Source: an uncultured delta proteobacterium (GTDB lineage Bacteria > Desulfobacterota > Desulfuromonadia > Desulfuromonadales > BM103). Taken from it: DNA of 64,000 nt. The DNA lies in contig CAVQRZ010000006.1 of assembly GCA_963715335.1 (NCBI GenBank), positions 64,001 to 128,000 on the forward strand, in the 5' to 3' direction. The notes under the pieces are model-generated. The model was given only the letters and a program-made list of their open reading frames with translations. It was not told where the DNA came from and made no database searches. Both the position numbers and the translations under genes were made by a program. Below are positions 48,236 to 57,862 of this stretch, one piece after another (the first letter of the stretch is position 1; each line of letters starts with the position of its first letter).

Positions 48236-49230
48236 CGCCGGCCCCTCCAGAGCAAAACAATGAACAGGGGGGCGCCGATCAGTGCGGTGACAATCCCGAC
48301 GGACATTTCTCCCTGGCTGGACAGGCTGCGGGCAAGCAGGTCGCAGATAACCAGGTAGGAGGCCCCGGTCAGAATCGAGGCCGGCACCAGGATGCGGTGG
48401 TCCGGACCAATCGTCAGGCGCAGTACATGCGGAATGGTCAGGCCGACGAAACCGATCAACCCCGACTGGCAGACTGTCAGGCTGACCATGAGCGAAGTAG
48501 TCACCAGCAAGACCGATACGACCACCTTGACATTGACCCCCATTGCCGAGGCACTGTCCTGCCCGGTCAGGAGCAGGTTGAGCGGCTGGGCCAGCAGGTA
48601 TATCAAGACAAAGCAGGGCAGAACCCCAAGCAGCAGCGGCAGGCTGTCGGAACCGGCGGCGGAAAGGTCACCCATGAGCCAGAAAATAATTTTATGCATC
48701 TGGCCGGACTGGCTGATCGAAATCAGGAACATGATGATTGCGCCACAAAAGGCATTGACCATCACGCCGCCCAGCAAGAGGGAGTCACTGCTGCCTTCTT
48801 TCCGCCCGGACAGCAGCAGGACCAGCAGCAGGACCGCGAGAGAGCCGGTGAAAGAACTCAGGGCCAGCCCCGGGAAAAAGCTGAAACCGGCGAGGATGCC
48901 GAGAATCGCCCCGACAGCCGAGCCGCCGGAGACGCCGAGAATGTAAGGTTCAGCCAGGGGGTTGCGCAACAGGGCCTGGAAGACCAGGCCGCCAAGCGCA
49001 AGGGACGCACCGACGGTTGCCGCCAGGATCACCCGGGGCCAGCGCAGTTGCCAGATGATCACTTCCAGTGTCGCGTCGGGCTCGCTGCGCCCCAGCAGGG
49101 TCTGCCAGGCCGCGCCGATCTCTCCCGATGAGCCTATGGTCAGGCCAAGCAGCACCGAGCCGATCAGCACCGGGGCGAGGACCAGCGTGACCATGATCAG
49201 TTTTATGTGGACGGGGCGGTAGCCGGTCAT
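48232..49230 (-). CDS. FecCD-family ABC permease (BtuC-like)
   Basis: LRWPRV, RNPLAEPYILGVSGG, GLIGFVGL, IGAP. Confidence 0.93.
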   Translation of the reverse strand: MTGYRPVHIKLIMVTLVLAPVLIGSVLLGLTIGSSGEIGAAWQTLLGRSEPDATLEVIIWQLRWPRVILAATVGASLALGGLVFQALLRNPLAEPYILGVSGGSAVGAILGILAGFSFFPGLALSSFTGSLAVLLLVLLLSGRKEGSSDSLLLGGVMVNAFCGAIIMFLISISQSGQMHKIIFWLMGDLSAAGSDSLPLLLGVLPCFVLIYLLAQPLNLLLTGQDSASAMGVNVKVVVSVLLVTTSLMVSLTVCQSGLIGFVGLTIPHVLRLTIGPDHRILVPASILTGASYLVICDLLARSLSSQGEMSVGIVTALIGAPLFIVLLWRGRR

Positions 49231-49251
49231 ATCAGTACCGTTTCCTGTACG

Positions 49252-50136
49252 CTAGGGAATCTCAGCCTGTGCCGGGTGCAGCAGGCCGACCAGGTACTCC
49301 AGGGCATCGATCAGCCTCGGCGTCGGGCGGTCAAACAGGTCCGCATCGACAACATGCAGGCGCCTGTTTCGGACCGCCGGGATCTGCGGCCACTCCTGCC
49401 AGCGGGAGCGGAGTTCCTGGTCCGTGTAGCCCCCGCCCATTGATGCCAGAAGGACCACCTCGGGTTCGAGCGCAAGGAGTTCCTCCCAGGTGTATCTTGG
49501 ATAACCGATGCGGTCTGCAGCCAGATTTATGGCCCCTGACCGGATCAGGAGCTGATGTAGAAAGGTGTCGGAGCCGGCCGAGATAATCGGCTGCGCATCG
49601 ATCTGGAAGAACACCCCGGGGCGGTTCGTGACTCCCTCGACCTGCCGGGCTACCCGGGCCAGGCGTTGCCGATAACCGGCGGCCAGGGTTTCTGCACGGG
49701 CTTCTTCATGGTAGATCGAACCCAGCCGTTCGACGGTGTCAACAATCCCTTCCAGGCTTTGGGGGTCGAAAACATAGACAGGAATCCCCAGCGCCTCAAG
49801 CCTGTCAACCACAGCCTTCGGGTTGCCGTCCCTGATCGCCAGACAGAGTTGCGGCTTCAGGCTGACGATCTTTTCGATGTCCAGTGCGACATAGCTCCCC
49901 ACCTTCGGCAATCTTGCTGCAGCTTCGGGGAAGTTGGCGAACCGGGTCGCGCCGACCAGGGCCTCCCCGCCCCCAACCTCGTAACTGATCTCAGTGAGGT
50001 TGGGGGCCAGGGAGACGACGCGCGTTAAAGGCTCTGCGACCTCGACCGTGCGACCGATCTGGTCGACGAGTTCCCGGCTGTGTGCGGGAGCCACCAGAAG
50101 AAAAGAGAACAGCAGTAAAAACAGGGGCTTTTTCAT
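49252..50136 (-). CDS. btuF: Cobalamin-binding periplasmic protein (BtuF-like)
   Basis: Signal peptide, RVVSLAPNLTEI, DIEKIVSLKP, RPTPRL; downstream of a B12 riboswitch. Confidence 0.85.
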   Translation of the reverse strand: MKKPLFLLLFSFLLVAPAHSRELVDQIGRTVEVAEPLTRVVSLAPNLTEISYEVGGGEALVGATRFANFPEAAARLPKVGSYVALDIEKIVSLKPQLCLAIRDGNPKAVVDRLEALGIPVYVFDPQSLEGIVDTVERLGSIYHEEARAETLAAGYRQRLARVARQVEGVTNRPGVFFQIDAQPIISAGSDTFLHQLLIRSGAINLAADRIGYPRYTWEELLALEPEVVLLASMGGGYTDQELRSRWQEWPQIPAVRNRRLHVVDADLFDRPTPRLIDALEYLVGLLHPAQAEIP

Positions 50137-50168
50137 CAGTGTATTCGGCCCAGGCTACTTAATAAACG

Positions 50169-52001
50169 CTAGAAATATGCGGTCAATCCGGCAAACAGTT
50201 CACGAGGTGGCATCGGGTAGCCGGGGTTTGCCTCGTAGTCTTTGTCAAACAGGTTCTTCACCGAAACGGTCGCATCAATAGCGACCTCGCCGAGCATTAT
50301 GGTATGAGTCAATGCCAGATCCGCGACAAAATAGCCTTTGTCCTTGCGGGTGGCTTCGGGGTAGTAGCGCAGGTAGCGGCCATCGAAGCGCAGCGTGGTC
50401 TCCTCGAACGGTTTCAGAGATACGAAACCGTGGGTTTCGTGCCGCGGTTTACCGAGCAGGTATTCATCCGTGTCGCGATCTTTAGGATGCAGGTAGGTGT
50501 AGTTGCCACCGATTGTGGCAAATCTGCAGATATCGTACCTGCCATCGACCTCGATCCCCCAGATGCGGACCTCCCCAACATTTTCTGGTGTCCAGGGATC
50601 CCACCAGTTCGGCCCGGTCGGCTGCCAGTGGATCAGATCATCAGCATCGCGAAGGAAGCCGGCAAGGGAAACACGGCCACGCTCACCAAGAGTCTGGTCC
50701 AGTGCCACTTCATACTCCCAGGCTATTTCAGGATCAAGATCCGGATTACCAACATTACCATAGGGGTCTATCCAGTAAAGATCATTCAAAGTCGGGGCAC
50801 GAAAAGCTTTGCTCGCCGAGATGCGAAGGCGGGTCGATTCGGTCAAGGACGTAAGCAGCGCCGCACGGGGGCTCAATTCATTGTCGAAATCGGAGTGGAT
50901 ATCGTAGCGGAGGCCTAGTAACAGTGTCACGGTTGGCAGTAGATCGACCTGGTACTGGCCGAAAACGGCACCATGCTCCTGGTCTTCGTCACCGATACTG
51001 GTCGAATCGATCTCGTCACTGTAGTAATCGCCACCAAAAACGAAAAGATGACCATCTCTACCCATTTCAGCCTGGATTTCGGCACCAATGGTGTCAACCT
51101 TGTGGGTATCATCCTCAAAGGACGCCGGATTCTTATAATCGTTGCGATGATGCTCATAGATAGCGCGGGTCGTCACCTTGGCCGAGCCGACCGGTGCCTG
51201 AAGTTTCAGCGACGCAATGGTCCGCTCGTCCTGCTGCTCAGCATCGGGTAACGGGTAAGAAGTCGCACCCGGGATGCCGCTCTCATAATCGAGGTGATAA
51301 GCCGACAGCTCGACATCCACGTCCTCTGTCGGTGAGTAACCGAAGACCCCATTGACTGTGTATTGATCGAAATCCGAATTCTTACGATAGCCATTCGACT
51401 CCTGATATTCGGCACCCAAGCGATAACGGACATCGCCGGCCTTGCGTGAGGTAGAGCCATTGATGATACGGCTATCACGCTCACCCTCATTCCAACCGAC
51501 CTGGGTCGATGGCACATCTTCGGGAGCCCGGGTGATGATGTTGATGACCCCGCCCAGAGCGTTGGAACCGTAGAGCGCCGAGGCAGCTCCCCGAAGAACC
51601 TCGACCCGTTCGATCTCATTCACAGCGACTGGCAGCTGGTTCAGGTCGAACTGGCCGTACTGCGGCGAGTTGAGTCGAACACCGTCGATCAGGACCAGCA
51701 CTTGTGCTGCCTCTGAACCACGAATACTTGGGCTGGACACAGATCCCCGCACCCCATTACTCACGACATGCAGGCCAACCACATCCTGCAGCACCTCATC
51801 CAGACGGGTCGCGCCGCGCGCGGCGATTTCCTCGGCAGTCACCACGGCAACAGAGGCCGAGGCTTTCGATAGCGGCTCGGCCATGCGAGTCGCAGTCACC
51901 ACAACCTCATCCATCATCACCGACGGCTCCCCTGCCTCTGCGGCAAAGGCCGGACTGCACACCAGTAAACCCGTCACAACAACCAACAAAATCCTGTACA
52001 T
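50169..52001 (-). CDS. btuB: TonB-dependent receptor, probable cobalamin transporter
   Basis: Signal peptide, TonB box DEVVVTATR, IERVEVLRGAASALYGSNALGGVINIIT, C-terminal Phe. ATG at 52001 after a GGAG SD. Confidence 0.88.
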   Translation of the reverse strand: MYRILLVVVTGLLVCSPAFAAEAGEPSVMMDEVVVTATRMAEPLSKASASVAVVTAEEIAARGATRLDEVLQDVVGLHVVSNGVRGSVSSPSIRGSEAAQVLVLIDGVRLNSPQYGQFDLNQLPVAVNEIERVEVLRGAASALYGSNALGGVINIITRAPEDVPSTQVGWNEGERDSRIINGSTSRKAGDVRYRLGAEYQESNGYRKNSDFDQYTVNGVFGYSPTEDVDVELSAYHLDYESGIPGATSYPLPDAEQQDERTIASLKLQAPVGSAKVTTRAIYEHHRNDYKNPASFEDDTHKVDTIGAEIQAEMGRDGHLFVFGGDYYSDEIDSTSIGDEDQEHGAVFGQYQVDLLPTVTLLLGLRYDIHSDFDNELSPRAALLTSLTESTRLRISASKAFRAPTLNDLYWIDPYGNVGNPDLDPEIAWEYEVALDQTLGERGRVSLAGFLRDADDLIHWQPTGPNWWDPWTPENVGEVRIWGIEVDGRYDICRFATIGGNYTYLHPKDRDTDEYLLGKPRHETHGFVSLKPFEETTLRFDGRYLRYYPEATRKDKGYFVADLALTHTIMLGEVAIDATVSVKNLFDKDYEANPGYPMPPRELFAGLTAYF

Positions 52002-52032
52002 GTCTCCACTCCCGTTACAAGGGACCGGGGCC

Positions 52033-52072
52033 ATAAAAAATCCCCGGTCAATATAAAATTGATCCGGGGATT
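52033..52072 (-). terminator. Riboswitch expression-platform terminator
   Basis: Minus strand AATCCCCGGATCAAT-TTTAT-ATTGACCGGGGATTTTTTAT between the aptamer and btuB. Confidence 0.8.
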
Positions 52073-52135
52073 CCCTGTATCTCCACGAACTCTCGGCAAC
52101 CACCCCGTGACCGCGGGGGCAGCAACTCAAATCTC

Positions 52136-52312
52136 TCCAGACAGGTCTTCTGACTTCCGGTTCGTCCTACTGATCGCGCCTTCCCGACGGGTAGTGTCAG
52201 TGGCTTGTCTAGCGATGTTCGTCCCCGGTCACAGCGGCGGGCCCGTCCCGGATTTACACCGGGTTCCCTTTTGTCCGGCCTCGCAACGGATTGCGACACC
52301 GGTCAAGCCTTG
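52136..52312 (-). promoter_or_regulatory. Cobalamin riboswitch
   Basis: AAAAGGGAACCCGGTGTAAATCCGGGACGGGCCCGCCGCTGTGA...GCCACTG...GGGAAGG...AAGTCAGAAGACCTG (B12 box). Boundaries approximate. Confidence 0.95.
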
Positions 52313-52534
52313 CGGCATCTGAAAATGTATGGCGCAACCTTACCCGTTGTCTCCGGACAAAGTCAAGAATCGCCTGTCTGAAACCGCCAACATTTATGTG
52401 GCCGTCGTCAGATGATGACAATTGTCTGCCCGACCGTCAAAAACTCGAATTAGTACTTGTGAAGCGTTAAAGATTGATTAACATTACCTGAGCAGCAGCT
52501 TGCTTAACTTAACAACCAGTCAAGGAGACTCAAG

Positions 52535-53734
52535 ATGTCAAAGATAAAAGGGACGATCGGCATACTCACCGGGGGAGGAGATGTCCCGGGCCTTAACCCG
52601 GCGATCCGGGCGTTGACAGTGCGTGCCCTGAGAGATGGATACAGGGTTCTCGGCATCAGGCGCGGCTGGGCCGGGCTGGTCGACCTGGTCCCCGACCCGC
52701 ATGCCGACAACAGCAGCTGCGTACAGGAGCTGACCGAGGAGATTGTCAACCGCGCAGGCCGCACGGGCGGGACTTTTCTGCATACCTCGCGGACCCGTCC
52801 AAGCCACTTGCCGATCACCAACGTCCCGGTCCACCTGCAGGATACTTACCGGGAAACGATCAACGACGTCACACCGCAGATCCTGAAGAACATCGACTTC
52901 CTCGGCCTGGACTTCCTCATCCCGATCGGCGGCGACGACACGCTCAGCTACGGACAGCGCCTGCATGAAGAGGGGGTCAAGGTGGTCGCCATTCCGAAGA
53001 CCATGGACAACGACGTGCCTGGCACCGATTACTGTATCGGCTTCTCGACCTGCGTCACCCGGACGATCGAACTGACCCACCGGCTGCGCACCAGCGCCGG
53101 GTCCCATGAACGCTTCCTGGTCCTCGAAGTGTTCGGCCGCTATGCCGGGTTCTCGGCGATCCTGCCGACCATGGCCGGTGCCGCCGACCGCTGCGTCATC
53201 CCGGAGCACCCCTTCGACATGGAGCAGCTCTGCGACCTGCTCAGCTACGACCGCCGCAAACATCCGAGCAACTACTCGGTGGTCCTGATCTCCGAAGGCG
53301 CGACCATGACCCATCACGACGGCATGCTTTACGAGGGGGAAGAGACTGACCAGTACGGTCACAAGAAGCTCGGCGGCATCGGCGACCAGGTCGCCGCACA
53401 GTTGAAGGAGCTCTCACCGAAATTCAACAACGGTCGCCGGGTCAACGTCCTCAGCCAGAGGCTGGGCTACCTGGTCCGTTGCGGAGACCCCGACGCGATG
53501 GATTCGATCGTGCCGATGGCCTTCGGCAACCTCGCCTTCGACATGGTCCTCTCCAACACCTCGGGACGCCTGATCAGCCTGCACAACGGCTGTTATGACA
53601 CCGTGCCGATCGAGGTGGTAACCGGCCGCAAAAAAGTCGTTGATATCAGCAAGTATTACGACACCGAGCGTCTGCGGCCGAAATACGAGTCGTTCCTGCG
53701 CCTGCCGACCTTTATCATGACCAGCGATATTTGA
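52535..53734 (+). CDS. pfkA: 6-phosphofructokinase, probably PPi-dependent/mixed-substrate type
   Basis: LTGGGDVPGLN, GGTFLHTSR, IGGDDT, PKTMDND, EVFGR. Confidence 0.9.
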   Translation: MSKIKGTIGILTGGGDVPGLNPAIRALTVRALRDGYRVLGIRRGWAGLVDLVPDPHADNSSCVQELTEEIVNRAGRTGGTFLHTSRTRPSHLPITNVPVHLQDTYRETINDVTPQILKNIDFLGLDFLIPIGGDDTLSYGQRLHEEGVKVVAIPKTMDNDVPGTDYCIGFSTCVTRTIELTHRLRTSAGSHERFLVLEVFGRYAGFSAILPTMAGAADRCVIPEHPFDMEQLCDLLSYDRRKHPSNYSVVLISEGATMTHHDGMLYEGEETDQYGHKKLGGIGDQVAAQLKELSPKFNNGRRVNVLSQRLGYLVRCGDPDAMDSIVPMAFGNLAFDMVLSNTSGRLISLHNGCYDTVPIEVVTGRKKVVDISKYYDTERLRPKYESFLRLPTFIMTSDI

Positions 53735-53775
53735 TCGTGGGATTGTCTGATTAGGAAATATTATCTGGAGCAGGC

Positions 53776-54393
53776 CAGATGTCTGACAAAGTTCAGCAAG
53801 ACTTCATAATAGAGAGGGCAACAGTGGGTTAAACTGTTGCCCTCTGTCTTTATTCTTAAAAGCTTAAAAGCAACACCGGCGGGTCGCGTCCCGCCCGACG
53901 CCATACTTTTGTCCGGCAACAAAAGTATGCAAAAATGCCTTCTCCTTGCGGAGGGCATCTCCTTTGCCGGATCTCTGTGACTTCAAGAACCTGCTGTGAT
54001 GGGGATCCGGCCCTGTGTCAAAGGGCCTGACCTTTCCGTGTGATTTACAGGGAAAAGCCAAAACAACCTCTACCGACGCAAGCCTCCACAGCAGGAGAGG
54101 CTCTCAAGAGCCTCGGCTCCTGCGGGGGAAGCGTAGGCTCTTGATCGTTTAGAACCATCCGGATTGAGGTTGCCGCCTATTCCGAGCCAGACATGCCCAG
54201 CGCAGCGCAGGCCCTTTTCTGCTTACTCTTTTGGGCCAGCAAAAGAGTAAGGCGCAGTCGGGGGGCGCAACCCCCGGGTTTTGCTTTTATCTTTGAATGC
54301 CAAAGAACAACGGCAAAGGGCAACAGATGAACCATCTGTTGCCCTATGATTTAGAGAAATCCCGCATCACGTGCGAGGTTTGTCAGCAACCTG
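53776..54393. mobile_element. Non-autonomous, MITE-like composite element (618 bp)
   Basis: Imperfect 15-bp terminal IRs (CAGATGTCTGACAAA / revcomp CAGGTTGCTGACAAA, 12 of 15 match), flanked by AGGC direct repeats at 53772-53775 and 54394-54397. No transposase ORF. Confidence 0.6.
53866..54288. repeat. Nested element with ~75-bp imperfect inverted ends, each with a TACTTTT...AAAAGTA-type hairpin
   Basis: 53866-53939 resembles the reverse complement of 54210-54288. Confidence 0.65.
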
Positions 54394-54429
54394 AGGCCAG
54401 ACGGCTGACTGCCGTCTGGCCTATTTTTT
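54394..54429 (+). terminator. Intrinsic terminator (pfk), overlapping the rlmB stop
   Basis: AGGCCAGACGGC-TGACT-GCCGTCTGGCCT-ATTTTTT perfect 12-bp stem. Confidence 0.75.
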
Positions 54430-55170
54430 AGCAGTAGCTTTTTGCCTGACAACCTCGAACAGAGCCACGGCGCTCGCCGAAGCGGCGTTCATTGAGGCGA
54501 CACCGCCGCTCATCGGGATTTCCAGCAGACCATCGCACAGCTGGCGGGTTCGCTGACGCAGGCCCTCGCCTTCGCCGCCGATGATCAGGGCAAGATGGCC
54601 GGACAGGCTCGAGCTAAACAGGGGCTGCGCCCCTTCGCCGGCAGCCAGGCCGTACACCCAGAAGCCGCTCTTTTTCAGCGTCTCGATGGCCCTGGCCAGG
54701 TTGGTCACCTGGCAGACGGCAAGATGTTCCACCGCACCAGCCGATGCTTTGTCGACTACGTTGGTAATCCCGCAGCTGCGATCCCTGGTAATGACCACCC
54801 CCTGGCAGCCCGCCGCGTCGGCGTTGCGCAGAATCGCCCCCAGGTTGTGCGGGTCGGTGATCCCATCCAGCAGCAGGAAGAACCCGTCCTGACCGGACGC
54901 CTGCCAGGCGCTCAGAAGATCCTCGAGCTCGGTGTAGGGGAATGGCTCCATACTCATCACCACCCCCTGATGATGGGGCAGCCCGGCGAGCCGGTCGAGA
55001 TCCTGACGACGGCGCTGTCGAACCGGCACTTCACAATCCTTTGCCAGGACCAGGACTTCCTCGATGCGCTTACCGCCGGCTTTCTCGTCGACAAACAATT
55101 CGACCGGTCGACGACGACCGCGCAAAGCTTCTTTGATGGGGTTGATGCCGTAGAGATAATCTAGGTTCAT
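54421..55170 (-). CDS. rlmB: 23S rRNA (G2251-2'-O)-methyltransferase
   Basis: YGINPI, HQGVV, LDGITDPHNLGAILR, KASAGA, GGEGEG, SMNA. Start at 55170. Confidence 0.93.
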   Translation of the reverse strand: MNLDYLYGINPIKEALRGRRRPVELFVDEKAGGKRIEEVLVLAKDCEVPVRQRRRQDLDRLAGLPHHQGVVMSMEPFPYTELEDLLSAWQASGQDGFFLLLDGITDPHNLGAILRNADAAGCQGVVITRDRSCGITNVVDKASAGAVEHLAVCQVTNLARAIETLKKSGFWVYGLAAGEGAQPLFSSSLSGHLALIIGGEGEGLRQRTRQLCDGLLEIPMSGGVASMNAASASAVALFEVVRQKATAKK

Positions 55171-55384
55171 GCTATGGTCCCTGAAAACTTTTCCGTGCGT
55201 CGACTTCGGCCCGATGCTGAATGACACACGGCGTGAATTTAAACCGGGCCAGTCTGATGCGCGGCAAGGCCAGAAGGGCTGCGCAAACAACAGGCCCTTT
55301 CCTGCACGGCCCGGGACGTGACAATCCGCAGCGCGATCGCTCGGCAGGCCTGTCACACTCAACAGCCAGCCAAGCTATCATAAG

Positions 55385-56335
55385 CTACTGGTCAACGGTG
55401 ACAGAATGGCAGTTGCTCTCTGGCGCTTTGCCGCGTCTCTCACGCGAGACCTCGACCTCATCCGGCGCAGGGTGACCAGCCCGGTTGCGCCCGATCAGGG
55501 CCTGGATACCGTACCAGCCCAACGCTCCTTCCTCTGCAATGTCGGAGAGCTCTTCCAGTGCCGTCCGGTTGTCGTACTCTCCCGTCCGGTAAGGCCGGGA
55601 AGAGATCAGGGCGTCATAGACATCGCAGGTCGCAACCATTTCCACCAGGGGGCTCACCGCGGCAAGACCTCTCGGGTAACCTGAACCGTTGCATCGTTCA
55701 TGGTGGTTGAGGGCGACGTGCGCCGCCGGATGGCGAGGGTCTCCCAGGTAATAACTGAGCAACACGTAGCCGGCCACGGCGTGAAATTCAAGGGATTGGC
55801 GCTCCCGGCGGGTCAGGGGGGTCTTTTTTTGCAGGATGTCGGAGGGGATCGTCAGTTTGCCGACATCGTGTGTCGGCCCGACCAGCAGGACATTCCTCTC
55901 TGCCATCGTGTTTGGGTAGCATTTTTCCATCATGAAAGAGGTCAGAGCGAAAACGACCAGTGAGTGGCGATAGGTATAGAAGTCGCTTTGCTTGAACATG
56001 TCCAGCGCGGTCAAAAGGGGCTGCGGAATCGGTATCTCGCCGAACTGCCTGAGATGGTCCCGAACCCCGTCGGCACCGCCAAAAACAAACACGTAGGGGG
56101 CTTCACTCATGAAGCGTTCCATGTCCGACAGGACCTTGTCGTGCTGAAGCAGGCAGCTGGTCTTGAACTGCCTCAGCCGTCCCCGCCTGGCGATATCATT
56201 GATGACCGCCTCGTCGAGCAGGAGGCCCGCAGGGAGAAGCTCCGCGCCATCCAGGTCCCTGATGGCAAAAGCTAACGTGATATCGAGTGCATTGATGTCG
56301 CTGGTTATTGATGATCCTGATATGCCATCATTCAT
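55385..56335 (-). CDS. HD-GYP domain phosphohydrolase (c-di-GMP phosphodiesterase candidate)
   Basis: RHS, HDVGK, HHERCNGSGYPRGL, DVYDALISSRPYR. Confidence 0.9.
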   Translation of the reverse strand: MNDGISGSSITSDINALDITLAFAIRDLDGAELLPAGLLLDEAVINDIARRGRLRQFKTSCLLQHDKVLSDMERFMSEAPYVFVFGGADGVRDHLRQFGEIPIPQPLLTALDMFKQSDFYTYRHSLVVFALTSFMMEKCYPNTMAERNVLLVGPTHDVGKLTIPSDILQKKTPLTRRERQSLEFHAVAGYVLLSYYLGDPRHPAAHVALNHHERCNGSGYPRGLAAVSPLVEMVATCDVYDALISSRPYRTGEYDNRTALEELSDIAEEGALGWYGIQALIGRNRAGHPAPDEVEVSRERRGKAPESNCHSVTVDQ

Positions 56336-56428
56336 GTGACCCCCCTAGATTACATGCAATCGGCTACTCCAATCCTGCCCGTTCAGATCAGCTGCAAAAT
56401 TGTCCCTGTCTCTTTCCCCGGTGGCGGA

Positions 56429-57862
56429 TCACGACTTGTTGACCGACGTGGTCTGATCCGTAGTTGAAATGCAGTCCTTCCCCTCCGATTTCGACTTGAA
56501 CATCAATTGGTTGGCCAGATCGACAAGCTGAGTGAACGCTTGTTGGCCATCGCCGGGGAACGTTGCAATCCCGGTACTGATTGTGATCTGTTGCTCGCCC
56601 ATCCCCTTGTACCGAAACGAACTGATACTTAAACTGATCCTGCGCGCCAGTTCCAGTGCCCCGGCGGTTTCGGTCTTGGGCAGAAGGATCACGAACTCTT
56701 CGCCGCCGTAACGTGCCGCGATATCGATTTCCCGCACAAACTCCCTGATCATCACCCCAATCTGCCTGATCACTTCATCGCCACGGATATGGCCATATTT
56801 ATCGTTGACCAGTTTGAAGTCGTCGATGTCGAAAAAAATCAATGACAGCGGCTCATGATGCCGGACCGCACGGGAAAATTCTTTCTCGAGCCGTTCATAA
56901 AAGTGCCGATGCGTGTAAAGCTTGCTCAACCCGTCGCGAATCGCCATCTCTTCGAACAGGTCCTTGGCGGATTTCATCGATTCGAAAAGGGTCGCATTTT
57001 CCAGCGCGTTCGCAGAGATATTGGCGACCAGATGAGTAAGCTTGCTGATGCGTTCGGAGATACCATCTTTCAATTTCATTGTCGTGCGCAGGAAAAGGGT
57101 GCCGATAACGGCCTCTTTCTTGATGATTGGCATAACGATGAGCGAATTGAGATTCAAGGCCGCGACATGCTGGCGAACCGGTTCCATCAGTGGGTCGAGC
57201 TTGACATCGTTGACGATCACCGCTTTGTGAGTCTCTATCGCCTTGCGTATCTCCGGATAGCGATTCAAATCCAGCCTGAGTTCGTTGTTTTCCTGCAGGT
57301 TGTTGCAAGCCTTGACGGTAATTTCGTTGCCATTGCAGACGCTGATAATTGAACACCGCTCGACTTCAATAACATCGGCAATCTTTTCCACGACAAATCG
57401 CAGGATTTTCATCGGGTTGCGCAACACGGTGACAATGTCGTAGAGCTCGAGCAGCATCTGCAAGTCGCGCCGCTCCAGTTCGTTGTAGTAGTTCTTGTAC
57501 AGCAGGTGCGCATCGACTCGTGCCAGAACTTCCGGAGGGTGAACCGGTTTGGTAATATAATCGTCGGCGCCGGTCTGCAGGCCGAGAAGGATCTCATCCC
57601 GGTTGGTATGGGCGGTAATCAGGAGCACCGGGATGCGCTTTGTCTGCTTGGTCTCCTTGATGATCCTGCAGACTTCAATGCCGTTCATGCCCGGCATCTC
57701 GATATCGAGAATGACGAGATCCGGGGTCTCGCTAAAGACCAGGTCCAGAGCCGTTTGGCCATTGTCCGCCTCGAGTGTTATGTAACGGCCCGCCAGGGCA
57801 TCCTGCAGAATTGTCCTGATAAACCTGTCGTCATCGACAATCAGGACCTTGTCCATTGTCAT
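56429..57862 (-). CDS. REC-GAF-GGDEF diguanylate cyclase
   Basis: VLIVDD/DLVILDIEMP REC; central GAF; DIDDFK..ND.YGH..GD, REID I-site, RYGGEEF. Confidence 0.93.
   Translation of the reverse strand: MTMDKVLIVDDDRFIRTILQDALAGRYITLEADNGQTALDLVFSETPDLVILDIEMPGMNGIEVCRIIKETKQTKRIPVLLITAHTNRDEILLGLQTGADDYITKPVHPPEVLARVDAHLLYKNYYNELERRDLQMLLELYDIVTVLRNPMKILRFVVEKIADVIEVERCSIISVCNGNEITVKACNNLQENNELRLDLNRYPEIRKAIETHKAVIVNDVKLDPLMEPVRQHVAALNLNSLIVMPIIKKEAVIGTLFLRTTMKLKDGISERISKLTHLVANISANALENATLFESMKSAKDLFEEMAIRDGLSKLYTHRHFYERLEKEFSRAVRHHEPLSLIFFDIDDFKLVNDKYGHIRGDEVIRQIGVMIREFVREIDIAARYGGEEFVILLPKTETAGALELARRISLSISSFRYKGMGEQQITISTGIATFPGDGQQAFTQLVDLANQLMFKSKSEGKDCISTTDQTTSVNKS

Noticed and set aside
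52002..52130. 43-aa upstream extension of btuB in the ORF track
   Set aside because: Spans the riboswitch terminator. The signal peptide and SD fit the ATG at 52001.
52458..52475. TTGTGAA half-site upstream of pfk (Rex-like)
   Set aside because: The second half-site does not match TTCACAA.
55171..55362. Upstream extension of the rlmB ORF
   Set aside because: No homology before MNLDYLYG; probably an incidental open frame in the spacer.
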